This document shows positions 20,701 to 31,900 of a stretch of 64,000 nucleotides of DNA, one piece after another. Within the stretch, counting starts at the first letter, position 1. The number at the start of each line of letters is the position of its first letter. The stretch is taken from IMG/VR virus record IMGVR_UViG_3300042893_000474, positions 29,700-93,699 of that record; one strand, written 5' to 3'. The position numbers were made by a program, and so were the translations under genes. The DNA comes from a virus. The notes below the pieces were generated by a model, which was not told the DNA's origin, ran no database searches, and saw nothing but the letters and a program-made list of their open reading frames with translations.

Positions 20701-23700
20701 TCAAGAGTTCTTTGATAATGATACAAACCAAGATGCATTAAGTATTGCTTATACAGGAGTTGCTAATAAGTTTAGTCCAATTCTTAAAACAGTTGTCTAT
20801 AATGATGTAAATACTTTTAGTTCTGAGTCTTATCAGGAGTACAAAGAAGCTTATGATAGTGACGATAGTTGGGATGCTTTAACTGAGGACGAGAAGTCAG
20901 AATTTTCTGAATACGCTAATAAACCAAAAGAAGCAGATGCTCAAGGAGTAATTACCCTAGACTCTTACCGTAACTATCTACTAGGAATCAATCGCTGGAG
21001 TTCAGAACAAGAACAGGCATATAACAGACAAGTAAGACTAGTAAAAATTAATCAGGAGTTAAATAACAATCCAACAAATGCAGAAGAATTATACAAAGAG
21101 AAGAATGAGATTGTTGAGAATTTTGGTTCTGCCTTATTCCCTCCTCTTAAGTTAGGTCACTACGGAGCTATTGTAGAAGACCCTAAGTTAATAGCATTAC
21201 ATAAGTTCTCATTGATTCCTTTGATTCCTAGCGCAATAGAAGGTAAAGCTTTAGAAAAGCAACTTGAGTTAATGTATAGGAACAAAATCAATTACTATAC
21301 ATTCAAGTCAGGTTCTAAGATGGCTCAGTATGGAGAGTCTATTGATTTCTACAAAGAAGTAACTAACGAACAAGGAGAGAAAGTACTTGTAGTAAATGAC
21401 GCACTAGGAGAAAATAATGTTACATCTATCCACCTTCAGAACTTAAGAGAGCAGCAGTATCAAGCCCCTAAGTTTAAAACTCAAGCTACACTTGCTACTC
21501 AGATGATGAAGTTGGTGTTTGGGGACTTCTTTGAGAATGGAGAAATATCTTCTGACTTTAGTGAAGGTACACAAAGACAAATTGAATCCTTGTATGATTC
21601 ATTTAAAAACAATATTAACGACCTAATTACTTTTGAAACAATTAAACTAGAAAGAAAGTTAGGAATTAGACGTAATGCAGCTAAAGAAATTATAGAAGTA
21701 GATCAGTTGCAGATGGCAAGATTTTTTGCCGAGGAGTTAGAAAATAAAGAAGCTCCTGAAGCATTACGTAGATTCATTCAAGTAAACGAAGATGGTACAT
21801 TTAAGTATCCTCTAGATGCAATCAACAACAGAAATCAATTAGAAAGTCTTGTACTAAATGTAATCAACAATAAAGTTATTTCTCAGAAAATCAATGGGGA
21901 GAGTTACATTCAGGTAGCAGGTACAGGGTTTGAGACTAAGCGATATGTTAAACCAACAGCTGAACAGTTAAAAGAGTTTGGTGCTAACGATCTTCAATTC
22001 TATACAAGAGACCCTATTACGGGGGAAACTTTACCTATGGAAGTTAAAGTAGGATTCAATGTTAAAAAACATGGAGGCTTACTTAAGTTAGAGTATGGTA
22101 AAGGGAAAGTAGAAACTTTAAAACAGTTAAATAAAATCCTAGGATCTAAAGCTCCTTTAGATATTGCTTGGAAAAAGAAGCACATGGATAAGTTAACTAT
22201 GGTAGGAGTTCGTATTCCTGTGCAAGGTTTCTCTCAAATGGAATATGCAACCATTAAAGAGTTCTTACCAGAATCTGCTGGAGCAATCATGGTTCTTCCT
22301 GCGCAGATTGTAGTTAAGTCAGGAGGAGATTATGATATTGATAAGTTGACTTTCTTTGAAACATCGTACGATAATAAGGGTGAGGTTTATAAAAAATCAT
22401 TCAACTTAAAAGATTACGAAGCCAAGTTAGAAAAGCAAAAAGAGTTAAAGAAAACTAGACAAGAGCTTATAACTTTAAGTGAGTTACTTGAGAAAGAAAT
22501 TGCTGATAACGATATCTTTAGAGAAAGAGAATCTCTTAAGAAAGAAATCAATGAAATTAAAAAAGAGATATTAAATGCTAAAGCAGCAGTAGAAGATTTC
22601 TTAGATAGTGGATTTTTAACAAAAGAAGATGCTAGCTGGGCAAGAGAAGCTGCCTCTGATAAAGAAGATTTACAAAGAGCTTTTGCTGACTTAGATAGTT
22701 TTGATACTGCAAACGATGTTCGTGTATTACAGACTGTATCTTTAATTAAAAGTAAACTTAGAGAGATCAGCAAAGAAGTAGAAAGTATAGATGCCTACAA
22801 AAAGAGTTTAAGTAATAACTTAGTAGGCATTCTTAAGGGAGTATTGATGCAAGGAGAATTATACAATGCATTGATTACTCCAAATACAAACAGTGTTTTA
22901 ACTCAGTATACACCTCCAGGAGAGAAGATAAGCACTACAGCTGTGTTTAGTCCTTTAACTTCTTGGAGAATCTATATGGAGAACATTCTTTCTAAAGATG
23001 CATTAGGAATCGATGCTAAGATAAATACGCTTCAGAAAGAATTCCAAAGAGCAGGATTGAAGATTACAGGTAGTCTACTAAAGAAGTATTACTTTGAGTC
23101 TAACAAAGACAAACAAGGAAATATAATTTTAGGAGGCAAGAAAGATGCACGGGGGGAAAACCGTATTTCTAAAGTATTGAGTGAGTTCATTAACGGACAC
23201 GTAGACATTGCTAAAGAAGACTGGATTATTTTATTAGGATTAGACCAAGAAACTAGTCCATTGGCACACGCAATGATTCTTACAGGAACTCCTGTAGAAC
23301 AAGTGTTAGGTTTAATTAACTCTCCTATTATTAAAACAGTTCTTCAGTTAGGTAATAGACCAGAGATTCAAAAGAAACTAGATAATATTAGACCTAATAA
23401 AAAGAAAGCGATTCTTGGTTTAATTAAAAACAAACTTACTAAAGTTACAGACCCTGAGGTTAAAGCATTAATTGATGCTGCTCAGTTAGCTATTAGTGGG
23501 TTGAAAGTAAAGTCTACAAATGGTATTACGGATACTTTTGTAAACAACCTACTAGTAAATCCTATATTCAACAAACATATAAGCAACTTTAAACCTACAG
23601 AAAGTTTAAGTGAGGAAGAGTCTGCTATAAGAGATTTAGCATATTTGATGCAATTCTATGTAGTAGTAAGGCAGCAGGAAAGTTTGAGAGAGTTAACTTC

Positions 23701-25816
23701 TATGAGTGACTTTAACACTACTAGTTATAGAACTTCGTTCCAGTCTGAAGAATTATTAACAGCTGGTAGCAAACTAAAGAATAACTTTAATGAAGAAGCT
23801 ATCGACTTTATGTTTAAAGAGTCTGCTTTAGCTCAGTTTAATGTAGGTAGTCTTGTTCAAGAAACTATGAGACAGATTTATCCTCTATCAGATTCTAAAG
23901 AAGTCCATTCAGATATTTATACCTTTATGGAGAGAAAAGGATTGTTCAAAGAAGAGGAAAAAATGCAAGCCATTCAAGGGTACAAGAACAATCTACTAGT
24001 TCCCTATGTTCTACTAAACGCCCAAACGCCAGAGAAAGGAAACTTACTAGAGTACTACAGAGGCAAGAAAGGAATATTTGTAAGAACAACTGCTAATAAT
24101 ATGGAAGAAAGATTCCAAAGATTATTACAGAATCCAGAAATGAGGAACAACTTTGTCATGACTAACATCTATATAGACATAGAGAACTCAGGCAGAGAGA
24201 TTGAGTTTAAACTAAAGAACACTGATGTAGACGAGAACAGTAAGAGTTATAGACTTGCTTTCTTAGAAGGTTTAAATAGTCCTAATCCAGAAGTTAAAAG
24301 TTTCTTTGAAGACTTAGGTATGGGTTCGTACTTACAGTATGCAGGTTCATATGCATCTGGCCATGTATCTACTATTGTGCCTCATGAAGTTTATGTAAGC
24401 CATACTACAAATGCTTTCAACAAACTAACCGAACTTAAAGATACTGATAGTGCTAAGTTTGATGCTTACTTAAGTTTAGTTAGATTCTCTACTAAAATGG
24501 CTCTTGAGACTGCGGGACCTATTAAAGGGTTAAGTACATTCTTTGTAAGTAACTATGCTGAGATGGCTAAGACTATTACTGGATTAAGCCCAGAAGTACT
24601 TAAGCTATATAAGAACAGAGAAAACCTCACCTCAGGTAAAGTAGAGTCTCTTCAGCAATCTCCATCTACTAGTGTTGAAGTAATTCCTCTAAATGAATCA
24701 CAAAGATTTACTAGAGAATCAGCTGAAAAAGATACAGAGTATATGTATTTATTTACAGATAATGCTGGTAGAACATCAGGCTCAGGAGTTATTGATCCTA
24801 ACAGTTGGTATGCTAAAAAATATGGTGCAGATAAAAAATATGCAAGTAAAACACAAGCTGTAGCAAGAGGTCTTAAAAATGTTTATCCTATTACTACAAT
24901 GGTAGATGATAAGAGAACTCAATGGACAGATGACCAGTTTAATGAATACAAGAAAATTATTGATGATGAAATAGAAACTATTAAACAGGCATCTAAGAAG
25001 TATAATGGTATTAAGTTTGGTGCAGAAATGCCTTTTGGTAAAGGTGCTATTTCTAATATGAAAGACAGTGCTCCTAAAATATGGAATTATCTTAATACAA
25101 AACTTGCTGAAATAGGTATTGATAATACAGGAGATATACCTGTATCTACTCAACCATCTACTAGTGTTAATCTTTTAGTAGAAGCAGGAGTTAAGCCTAC
25201 TGATATGGCAGGTAATGCTGCTAAAGATATACAGATGGCTTCTGAGTCTACTCAGTTTATTGGATTCCAATCAGGAACTGCAACTGTGAGTTCTACCAAC
25301 AAATACAAAGAAGCTTGGGGAGATAAAGCAAACACAGGAAATTATACTGCGGACGATGTAGTAATGGTTTCAGGTAGTGGTTTATTTAGGGGAGTTACTG
25401 AAGCTCAGATAAAAGAAACTTTAACTAATAAATACAAACCTTTGTTAGAACAGGCTATTGCAGCTGGTGCTTCTTTTAGAGTGGGTAATCAATATGCTAA
25501 AGGAAATCTTTCTGATCAGTTAATTGCTCAGTATCTAAAAACTAAAGGATACCAAGAGGAGAAATTTAATGGGTATTCTAAATGGACTCCTAAAGTTACT
25601 GAAACAAGTCAAGAGATTCAAAAAGAAGTTATAGAAAACTTTGAAGAAGATTCTGATGTTACGGATACCAATGTGCCAAATACTCCGACACAGTTTCCTC
25701 CAACCAAAACAGATGATATTCAACTTACCTTAAAGTTAGACCCTGATCAGAAAGATGATGATAAAGGGAACTTAGATGACTTAGGGTTTGAAGAAGATAC
25801 CTGTGAGATAGTTTAA
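17756..25816 (+). CDS. virion-packaged single-chain double-psi-barrel RNA polymerase (crAss-like)
   Basis: 2686 aa; RIPVQ...LP...GGDYDIDKL catalytic DxDxD (22328-22342); EADAQG, PPLK...HKFS, VDIAKE motifs; middle gene of the giant triplet as in crAss-like phages. Confidence 0.9.
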   Translation: MNACSIKGTSYEKEYRQILSEPAMIFVWNANNEQPLDKKKVGNEVIENPLYTALLNHPVTKGERQNALKLVAQSFLPAFTREYTPNEEGDYSLEQVVSYVEKRQKQAQDQREQLKSSINLPTSMAINIPDGVINETARQIFFSEEQGQDIYDTLQYLLGVKKSWDGVYSELVNQRNTILGRVKAGQHFSEDPERLAYNEILVQNFDKIKSWYDSKEGLVGEAELESQFGDSEDWKSKDKSQAQRASSIILGLVTSLPAYRTAIPGEIDFETGEEYQQVTQVQVQSTVTGLPKSGDFQKNWSLLGSTLSGMTNYSDMYEAIEGLSSRYPQFAYLLSKIPNAKIPGSFKDVRQFLLASEFKRVFSVPEVSSVVVDVTLKENGKIATTQQLKGFQPVRNAVALYDSQYFSYNQKYLVKGLEGNEVNLEGIIEDFQGLFNDLGSALTKKVPMQNFLFPARLDKFVQFLQSVGLGLNNQEYLKSTNINGTKEFIQANLDKLKTIYEKLKIVSIANEYLTDDAKIKVDRPLSFLRDTIQEIYVSKGKVRPDVEAALEQAFADNKLRYKGGVKQAIGYLGIKKTEISPFINFFTQYDAEFRPSSYMNAADKKKFVRGPWFYLTQQTNVINSVSSYDELINIPGFERFDYRKNPDILGSLWLQRMFGLPRTKNAIEANPLGTYVRKKDTLGNPIELNIANFDGMEIKNFGAKSGKTTTDQHPNDKIFQDFASFFQSLEMENIRFGDKTAAFTVRASNPILSEKIYVALNAAELITPTERLESEKSLTELFNGYLASEATRIIKLIEEKGRGTTYDRLGKNLFIFNDILPEDTLNKFKDAKTREEVIAAYTEATSMMSTVLQEYFSQESQKLVDKLVDTFSTSVNITTGQEVTQAQRLKQTVEKLNKLNLISTQLLPSEVRDNPPKITVENLPYLAEIYLKNGFVHNVEFLKMFVGDLSNFDKTNLDAREIFKRIPFTSSPGNVFFWDEAAQEFFDNDTNQDALSIAYTGVANKFSPILKTVVYNDVNTFSSESYQEYKEAYDSDDSWDALTEDEKSEFSEYANKPKEADAQGVITLDSYRNYLLGINRWSSEQEQAYNRQVRLVKINQELNNNPTNAEELYKEKNEIVENFGSALFPPLKLGHYGAIVEDPKLIALHKFSLIPLIPSAIEGKALEKQLELMYRNKINYYTFKSGSKMAQYGESIDFYKEVTNEQGEKVLVVNDALGENNVTSIHLQNLREQQYQAPKFKTQATLATQMMKLVFGDFFENGEISSDFSEGTQRQIESLYDSFKNNINDLITFETIKLERKLGIRRNAAKEIIEVDQLQMARFFAEELENKEAPEALRRFIQVNEDGTFKYPLDAINNRNQLESLVLNVINNKVISQKINGESYIQVAGTGFETKRYVKPTAEQLKEFGANDLQFYTRDPITGETLPMEVKVGFNVKKHGGLLKLEYGKGKVETLKQLNKILGSKAPLDIAWKKKHMDKLTMVGVRIPVQGFSQMEYATIKEFLPESAGAIMVLPAQIVVKSGGDYDIDKLTFFETSYDNKGEVYKKSFNLKDYEAKLEKQKELKKTRQELITLSELLEKEIADNDIFRERESLKKEINEIKKEILNAKAAVEDFLDSGFLTKEDASWAREAASDKEDLQRAFADLDSFDTANDVRVLQTVSLIKSKLREISKEVESIDAYKKSLSNNLVGILKGVLMQGELYNALITPNTNSVLTQYTPPGEKISTTAVFSPLTSWRIYMENILSKDALGIDAKINTLQKEFQRAGLKITGSLLKKYYFESNKDKQGNIILGGKKDARGENRISKVLSEFINGHVDIAKEDWIILLGLDQETSPLAHAMILTGTPVEQVLGLINSPIIKTVLQLGNRPEIQKKLDNIRPNKKKAILGLIKNKLTKVTDPEVKALIDAAQLAISGLKVKSTNGITDTFVNNLLVNPIFNKHISNFKPTESLSEEESAIRDLAYLMQFYVVVRQQESLRELTSMSDFNTTSYRTSFQSEELLTAGSKLKNNFNEEAIDFMFKESALAQFNVGSLVQETMRQIYPLSDSKEVHSDIYTFMERKGLFKEEEKMQAIQGYKNNLLVPYVLLNAQTPEKGNLLEYYRGKKGIFVRTTANNMEERFQRLLQNPEMRNNFVMTNIYIDIENSGREIEFKLKNTDVDENSKSYRLAFLEGLNSPNPEVKSFFEDLGMGSYLQYAGSYASGHVSTIVPHEVYVSHTTNAFNKLTELKDTDSAKFDAYLSLVRFSTKMALETAGPIKGLSTFFVSNYAEMAKTITGLSPEVLKLYKNRENLTSGKVESLQQSPSTSVEVIPLNESQRFTRESAEKDTEYMYLFTDNAGRTSGSGVIDPNSWYAKKYGADKKYASKTQAVARGLKNVYPITTMVDDKRTQWTDDQFNEYKKIIDDEIETIKQASKKYNGIKFGAEMPFGKGAISNMKDSAPKIWNYLNTKLAEIGIDNTGDIPVSTQPSTSVNLLVEAGVKPTDMAGNAAKDIQMASESTQFIGFQSGTATVSSTNKYKEAWGDKANTGNYTADDVVMVSGSGLFRGVTEAQIKETLTNKYKPLLEQAIAAGASFRVGNQYAKGNLSDQLIAQYLKTKGYQEEKFNGYSKWTPKVTETSQEIQKEVIENFEEDSDVTDTNVPNTPTQFPPTKTDDIQLTLKLDPDQKDDDKGNLDDLGFEEDTCEIV
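24662..25168 (+). repeat. 15-bp direct repeat CCATCTACTAGTGTT (PSTSV) flanking an in-frame 164-codon domain
   Basis: Exact copies at 24662-24676 and 25154-25168, 492 bp apart. Confidence 0.85.
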
Positions 25817-25827
25817 CTTACAAAGTG

Positions 25828-25857
25828 AAGGGGTGCAAGTCTTTACTTGCATTCCTT
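25828..25857 (+). terminator. stem-loop after RNAP gene (terminator or processing site)
   Basis: AAGGGGTGCAAGT-CTTT-ACTTGCATTCCTT, 13-bp stem with two G-U pairs, followed by GTTATTT. Confidence 0.6.
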
Positions 25858-25876
25858 GTTATTTCGATTAAATTTG
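25847..25876 (+). promoter_or_regulatory. Bacteroidota sigma-70-type promoter
   Basis: TTG (25847-25849)-N19-TAAATTTG (25869-25876) upstream of 25903. Confidence 0.75.
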
Positions 25877-25902
25877 TATAACTAATAATACAACATTCTA
25901 CA

Positions 25903-28900
25903 ATGTCTTGTTTTGCAAAAATAAAATCTCCACTCAACGGTAAAACTATAACTAGTCCTGCCTACTACCAATTAACATCATTTTTTCCACCTGCTGAAGG
26001 GAGAAGAATATATGAGGCTACTACCACTATTAGTTTTAAAACCGAAATTGGTTTTGATTGGACTAAACGTCAACAAGGATACAGCCCTAAGCTAAACTTT
26101 GCTGGGGAGCCTACTTTAGATCAAATCAATACACACCTTAGACTAAACTTAAATCCACGGGAGATTAGAGCAGGAGAACAAATGGATGAAGTAGCAAGTC
26201 TAGGTTACCTAAACAAAGGTTATGCTAATCCAAATGCTTTTAACCTAATCACCAACGAGATTAACTTAAACCCCAAATATAGTTTAATAGAGAGCGAGGT
26301 ACTAGCAAGAGACGGCAAGTACTATCTATCAGTTAAACCAGTACCAAATGGCAAGTCTGTAAAACCTGTAAGTAAAGATTACTTAAGAACAGTAAAGTTT
26401 CCTGATATGATTGTTAACAGTGTTGAGGATTTTTCCAATGCAGGGTTAATAGAGTTGATGGATAACTTACTTAAGAACAAAGAGTTACCTCCTTTCCAAC
26501 ACAAGATGTTAGAAAGATTGCGTAATTTAATGAAGATAAACCCAACACTTAAACTTGCAGTATTTGATGATGCTGAAGTAGACCAAGAGTTTCAAAGGTC
26601 ATTTTACGACCCCAAGAGTAACACCATATACATTGGTAAGACAATAACATCAGATTTTAATAAAGAATCATTTGCTCGTGAGTTAATTCACGAAGCAGTG
26701 CATGCTTATACTATCTCAGCTTTAACTAATCCAGTAACTGCCGAAGAGAATAGATTCAGACAGGAGATGGAAAGATACATCTCTGAGTATAAATCTAAGT
26801 TTCCTAGACTACAACAGCAGTATGGTTTTAAAAATGTAGAAGAATTTGTTTCGGAGTATCTCTCTAATCCCTACTTTAGAAATGATTTACAGGAAGCAGA
26901 GAGAACAAGTAAAGATAAAACATTTATAGGCCGTGTTACAGGCAACATAAAGAGATTCTTAAAGAACGTATTAGGTTTAGGAGATACTTTGTTTGACAGA
27001 GTTAACCAAACGATAGATGATTACTTTGACTATCTGGAGAATCTAGAAGACATGCCTGACCTTGCAGGTGAGCATGAACTAAGATTTAACCAACCTTATG
27101 CAGCACAGCCTGTAAACCCACTTAGTGTTAACTTGAGTCAGTTCCAACAGTATGTTGATAGTACTTTTAATAGTTCTAGTTGGAAGCAACTAAGTCAAGG
27201 GTTATCTGAGATTGATCCACGTTTTGCTTCTATTGAAAGAATTAGGGAGAAATTTGGAAACATCTCAAGTGCGTCATTAGGCAGCACTATTAAATCTTCT
27301 ATTGACTATCTAGTAGCAATAGAGCAACTAGTAGATAGAGTTGCTAAGGATGTTGATTTGCACAGAGACAACTTAGGCTATTATAGTTCAGAAGATGCTG
27401 TATCGGTATTTAATCATGCAATACATATAGCTGAGTTTGTTCAAGAGCAGATGGCTGCTTACAATCAATATTTGATGCCTCAGTTGAGGATGGAACAAAC
27501 AAAAACTGACTTAGATATAAACCCTGTAGGAGCTGCAGAATTTAGACAAGAGCGTAGAAGTCAAGTAGAGAATTTTGATATTGTATCTCAGGAGTTAATT
27601 GCCAAACTTAAAGGTATCTCTAACAAATCAAACAGTTTAAAGAGTGAAGCTAAGTCTTCTATTTTAGCTCCAGTAGCATCCCAGTTAAGTGAGCCTTTTA
27701 TATTAATTGCTGCTCAGTTAAAAGAGCCCAACAGTCAATTGAACCAAGAGATTGATGCTAAAGAAAAGTTGTATCAACAAGCTTTGGCAAGCAATCAGAA
27801 TAAGAAAGCAGCTGATATGTTAAAGGACTTGAATCAACTTAGAATGTTTAGAGATTGGGTTCCTACCCAACAAAACATTATTAAGTTGCTTCAGACTGGT
27901 ATGAATCCTGAGTACACAGGTGCTAACTTTTTTACTATTTACTTGGGAGTGGCTAACATGACAGGTAGCCCTTTGGTTCAAGTAGTTAAAGAATACTTAG
28001 ACGTACACTTGACTGAAGCAGGTAACAAGAGTCTTGAGTACACCAATAGAGCAAGTAAATTATTTGATAAAATTGAAGCTAGGAATAAAAAGCAAGGTAT
28101 TCGTTGGACACAAAGTATAGACAACTTTTACAAGAACTTAACTCGTGAGGTTGATATGGTTTACTATGACGCCAATGGTGTGCGTAGAGTAGTAAAACAA
28201 CTTGCTTATAATACAAAGTTTAAAGAAGCTGAGTTCAGAAATGATTTACAGGAGTTAAAAAGAAATGTAGATTCGGCTAAAAAGGGAGGAGTAGAGGCAG
28301 AAATAGTAGAAGCTCAAGAAAAATTACAAAAGTTCCTAGATGATTACGCAGTACGCCCTTACACAGATGAATACTATGAAGCAGAAGATTTATTAATTTC
28401 AGAAGCTAGAGATGCTAGAGCAGATTTATTAGACCAACTAGAAGAGCACCAGGCTGTGTTTGGAGATGCAGAGGCTAGTCAAGAAGAAAGAAAGCATAGA
28501 ACAGAGTTAAGAAGAGCTTATGAAAGACTAGGTTCTATTTATAATGAAGATGGTACTGAGAAACCTAAAGGAACTAAAGAAAGAAACATTGCAGATTCTA
28601 TTATTGCTTATAAAAATAAACGTAAGGCACTAGAAGCTATTGAATTTGTAATCCCAGATAAAGTTAAAGTACGTTTTGATATTGAGAAGAACTCACGTAA
28701 ACAAAAAGTAGCTGACTTAGAACGTAAGATTAGTATCTTAAATACTGATATTGCAGATGAGATTGCTCTTGGGCAGGATCCTACTACTAAACAAAATGAG
28801 TTAGTAGATATAACAGCACAGCTAGAAATAGCTAAAAATGATTTAACTAAATGGCTCAATGCTAACACTCGTACTGAGATTGACCCTGAGTTTTTTGAAT

Positions 28901-31900
28901 TGCAAAGAAGCATTGCAGATAAAATCAAAAACATCTTTCTTAAATATGGAGAAGATCCTTTATTAAGTGAGGCGTATGATGAGTTGTTTAATTCAGTTAA
29001 AGGGTACAGAGACCAGGATGGTATTATAGTAGGTAGCCAAATCCAGAGAGGATTAGGACAAACTATTAAAGACTTAGAGACAAAGATTGAAAAACTTAAA
29101 GAGGACGCAGAAGAAAATAGACAGATATCTGACCAAGATAAAGAAACTCTAAAAGTTCTATTCAAACAGATCAGCGATATTCAAACTAAAGAAACTACTG
29201 AATACTACGTAGAGCAATACAACAGCGTTGCTCGTGCCGCTAGAGTAGACTTATATGCAGATGCTCAACAAGTAATAGAGATTAAAGAACTTTCGGAAAA
29301 ATTAGCAGACCAGTATATTGAGAATGAAGGTTTAGTTGACGAAGATTTAGAGTTAGACGATAACTTACCTGTTCTAAACCATCCTTCTGAATTTGGTACA
29401 GATAAACATAGGAATGATTTGATATCTTCTTATGAGAATATGATTACTGAGATGCGTTTGCAACAAAGAATCAAAGAAAGCGATTGGTATAAAGGAAATC
29501 ATATTTCTATTAAGAAGAGTTACACAGATAAAAAGACAGGAAAGAAAGTAATTAAGATTTACGAAAGACCTATTTATATCTGGAACCGTACTATTCCTCG
29601 TAATGCTGCTTATATAAAACAAGAGAACCCAAACTTTGATTGGGCAGTACCTAGAGTTAGAGATGAGTACAAAAACAAAGATTATAATTTCTTAGGTTCT
29701 GCTAGACCTAGACAAACTACAGACAATAAATATACTAACGAAGTTTATACTAAATCACTACAAGACGATAAAGACATTGCTGATGAGATGGTAGGTCTTT
29801 ATGAGGACATACAAAGAAACTTGCCTGTATCACAACGTCTTGAAGGTTATGTTGTACCTAACAAGACTAGAGAGGCTAAAGAAAATATAACTGATATGTT
29901 TACTAATCCTTTGGCTAGATTCAAAGGTTGGGTAGATGGTTGGAAACTTATCTTTAAACCAGGTTTAGCGGGAGAAGATCAGTATGAAGATGAGATATCT
30001 AGTTTAATTAATGAAGAAGACAAACAAAAGATATCAAAATCAAAAAGAAAAGTACAATTAATTAAAACCAGATATAAAGAACCTTTAAACACAAATCAAG
30101 TATCCCGTGTATTAGTTCAATCACTTGCTGAGTATGGTGCATATGCTGCTGAATTTGGAGGATTAAAGAAAGCAATGCCTGCAGTATTTGCTGCTAGAGA
30201 AGCTGCTTTAGAGACAAACATACCTGATGGAGATGTTCAGATGCTGGATAATGAGATTCAAAGATTCTTTTATGGAGGGGAAGTAAGCAATACTAGTTTG
30301 GGAAATAATCCATACATGAAGGCTACTATGCGTGCTATGAGAAGAATGTTCAGGTTTAGTCAGAGTCGAGTCTTGTTGTTTAATTTTCTGCGTGTATTTA
30401 AAAACATCTTTAACAACTTCCTTAAGATTGTTTTAAGTAAGAATAAGTATGGATTAACTAGAAAAGAATTACTCAGAGCATGGTGGAAAGGTTTAAATAT
30501 GAGGCGAAGTCTGGTATCACTAGAGATAGGTTCTAAACAACATAGTGACTATGCATTAAAACTAGTTCATTTTAGAGCGTTACCTGCAGCAGACCCAACT
30601 AAACTAGCATCAAACGTACACCAAACAAGTATTTTTAAATACGCCAACGCTGAGAATTTCAGTGGTCAGATATTTGGATATATGGAGATGGCTTCTACCA
30701 TACCTATTTATGAAGCATTAATTGCTCGTTTGGATGTACCTATTGTAATTAACGGTCAACAAACTAGAATTAACTTAAGCGATGCTTACGAAGTAATTGA
30801 TGGTATTCTTGTTCCAAAAGAAGGAGTATTTGGATTAGAGTTAAACGCAATGCGTTCTTTAGTAGAAGATAGAAAGCAAATAATATCAACGTATTTAGCC
30901 CAAGAAGGAGTCTCTACTATAGAAAAATTAAGCAGTGCGCAAAAGACAAAGTTAAAAGGACTATTAACTTCAATAGACGTAAAGATTAATAGTTTAGAAA
31001 AAGTAAACTCAGTAAAGCAAGAAAAGTTAAAATTAATAGAACAACAGTTAAGAGACCAGATACACGAATTATACACTAGTACACAGGGTAACTACTACGG
31101 AAGATCTCGTTCTGCTTATGAGAAGAATCTTTTTGCAAGTATGGTAATGTCTATGAGACGCTGGTTAGCTCCTAATCTTCAGACAAACTTTGGACAGCGT
31201 AGACTTTCTTTGTACACAGGTAATCTAGAAGGAGGATTTTATGCAGAGGGTGGAAAATCTTTACTTAGAAAAATGCGATACTTAGTCGCTGGAGAGAGAA
31301 TGGATTTAGGAAGTACTGAGTTTGAGAAAGAAAAGCATCAAAGAATATTTAGAGATACTTTAAACGTAGTAGGACTACATGCTATCTCATTAGGATTAAC
31401 TTCACTTTTATTTATGGGATTAGGAGGTGGAGGAGATGATGACCCTTCTAAGTTGTTATCACTTCTAGCTATTATTTCTTTAGGTACATATGATGAAGCA
31501 ATTAGTTTACATCCATTACTAGCTCCTGCAAACTGGACTTATAAAACATTCTTTAGACAGCCTTTGGCAAGACCAGGAGATGAAGAAGGAGGTGCTAGTA
31601 GTGCAGTGAGACATGGACTCTATGCTTTATTTGGACCTCAGATGAGAAGTTTTGACCAAATTTTTGAAGCAATTTTTGACTCAAGAAATATTACAGACCC
31701 ATTTGAACCTTACTACGAACAAAGAAGAGACATGGGAGGTAATAGTATTGTTAATACCCCTGCTCCTACTAGAGGATTACCTAGAGTACTTGCAATGGCT
31801 ATGAAGTATTATGGAGTAGAGTCAGGTTTAAAACCATTCTATGCGCCTAGAAAAAGAGTTATGGATATGTTAAAACTTAATCCTATGTTAGGAATGCAAG

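Noticed and set aside
694-31076. Many short antisense ORFs inside the large plus-strand genes (e.g. 1131, 4242, 22414, 28608)
   Set aside because: Shadow ORFs fully nested opposite strong genes, with no motifs or initiation context.
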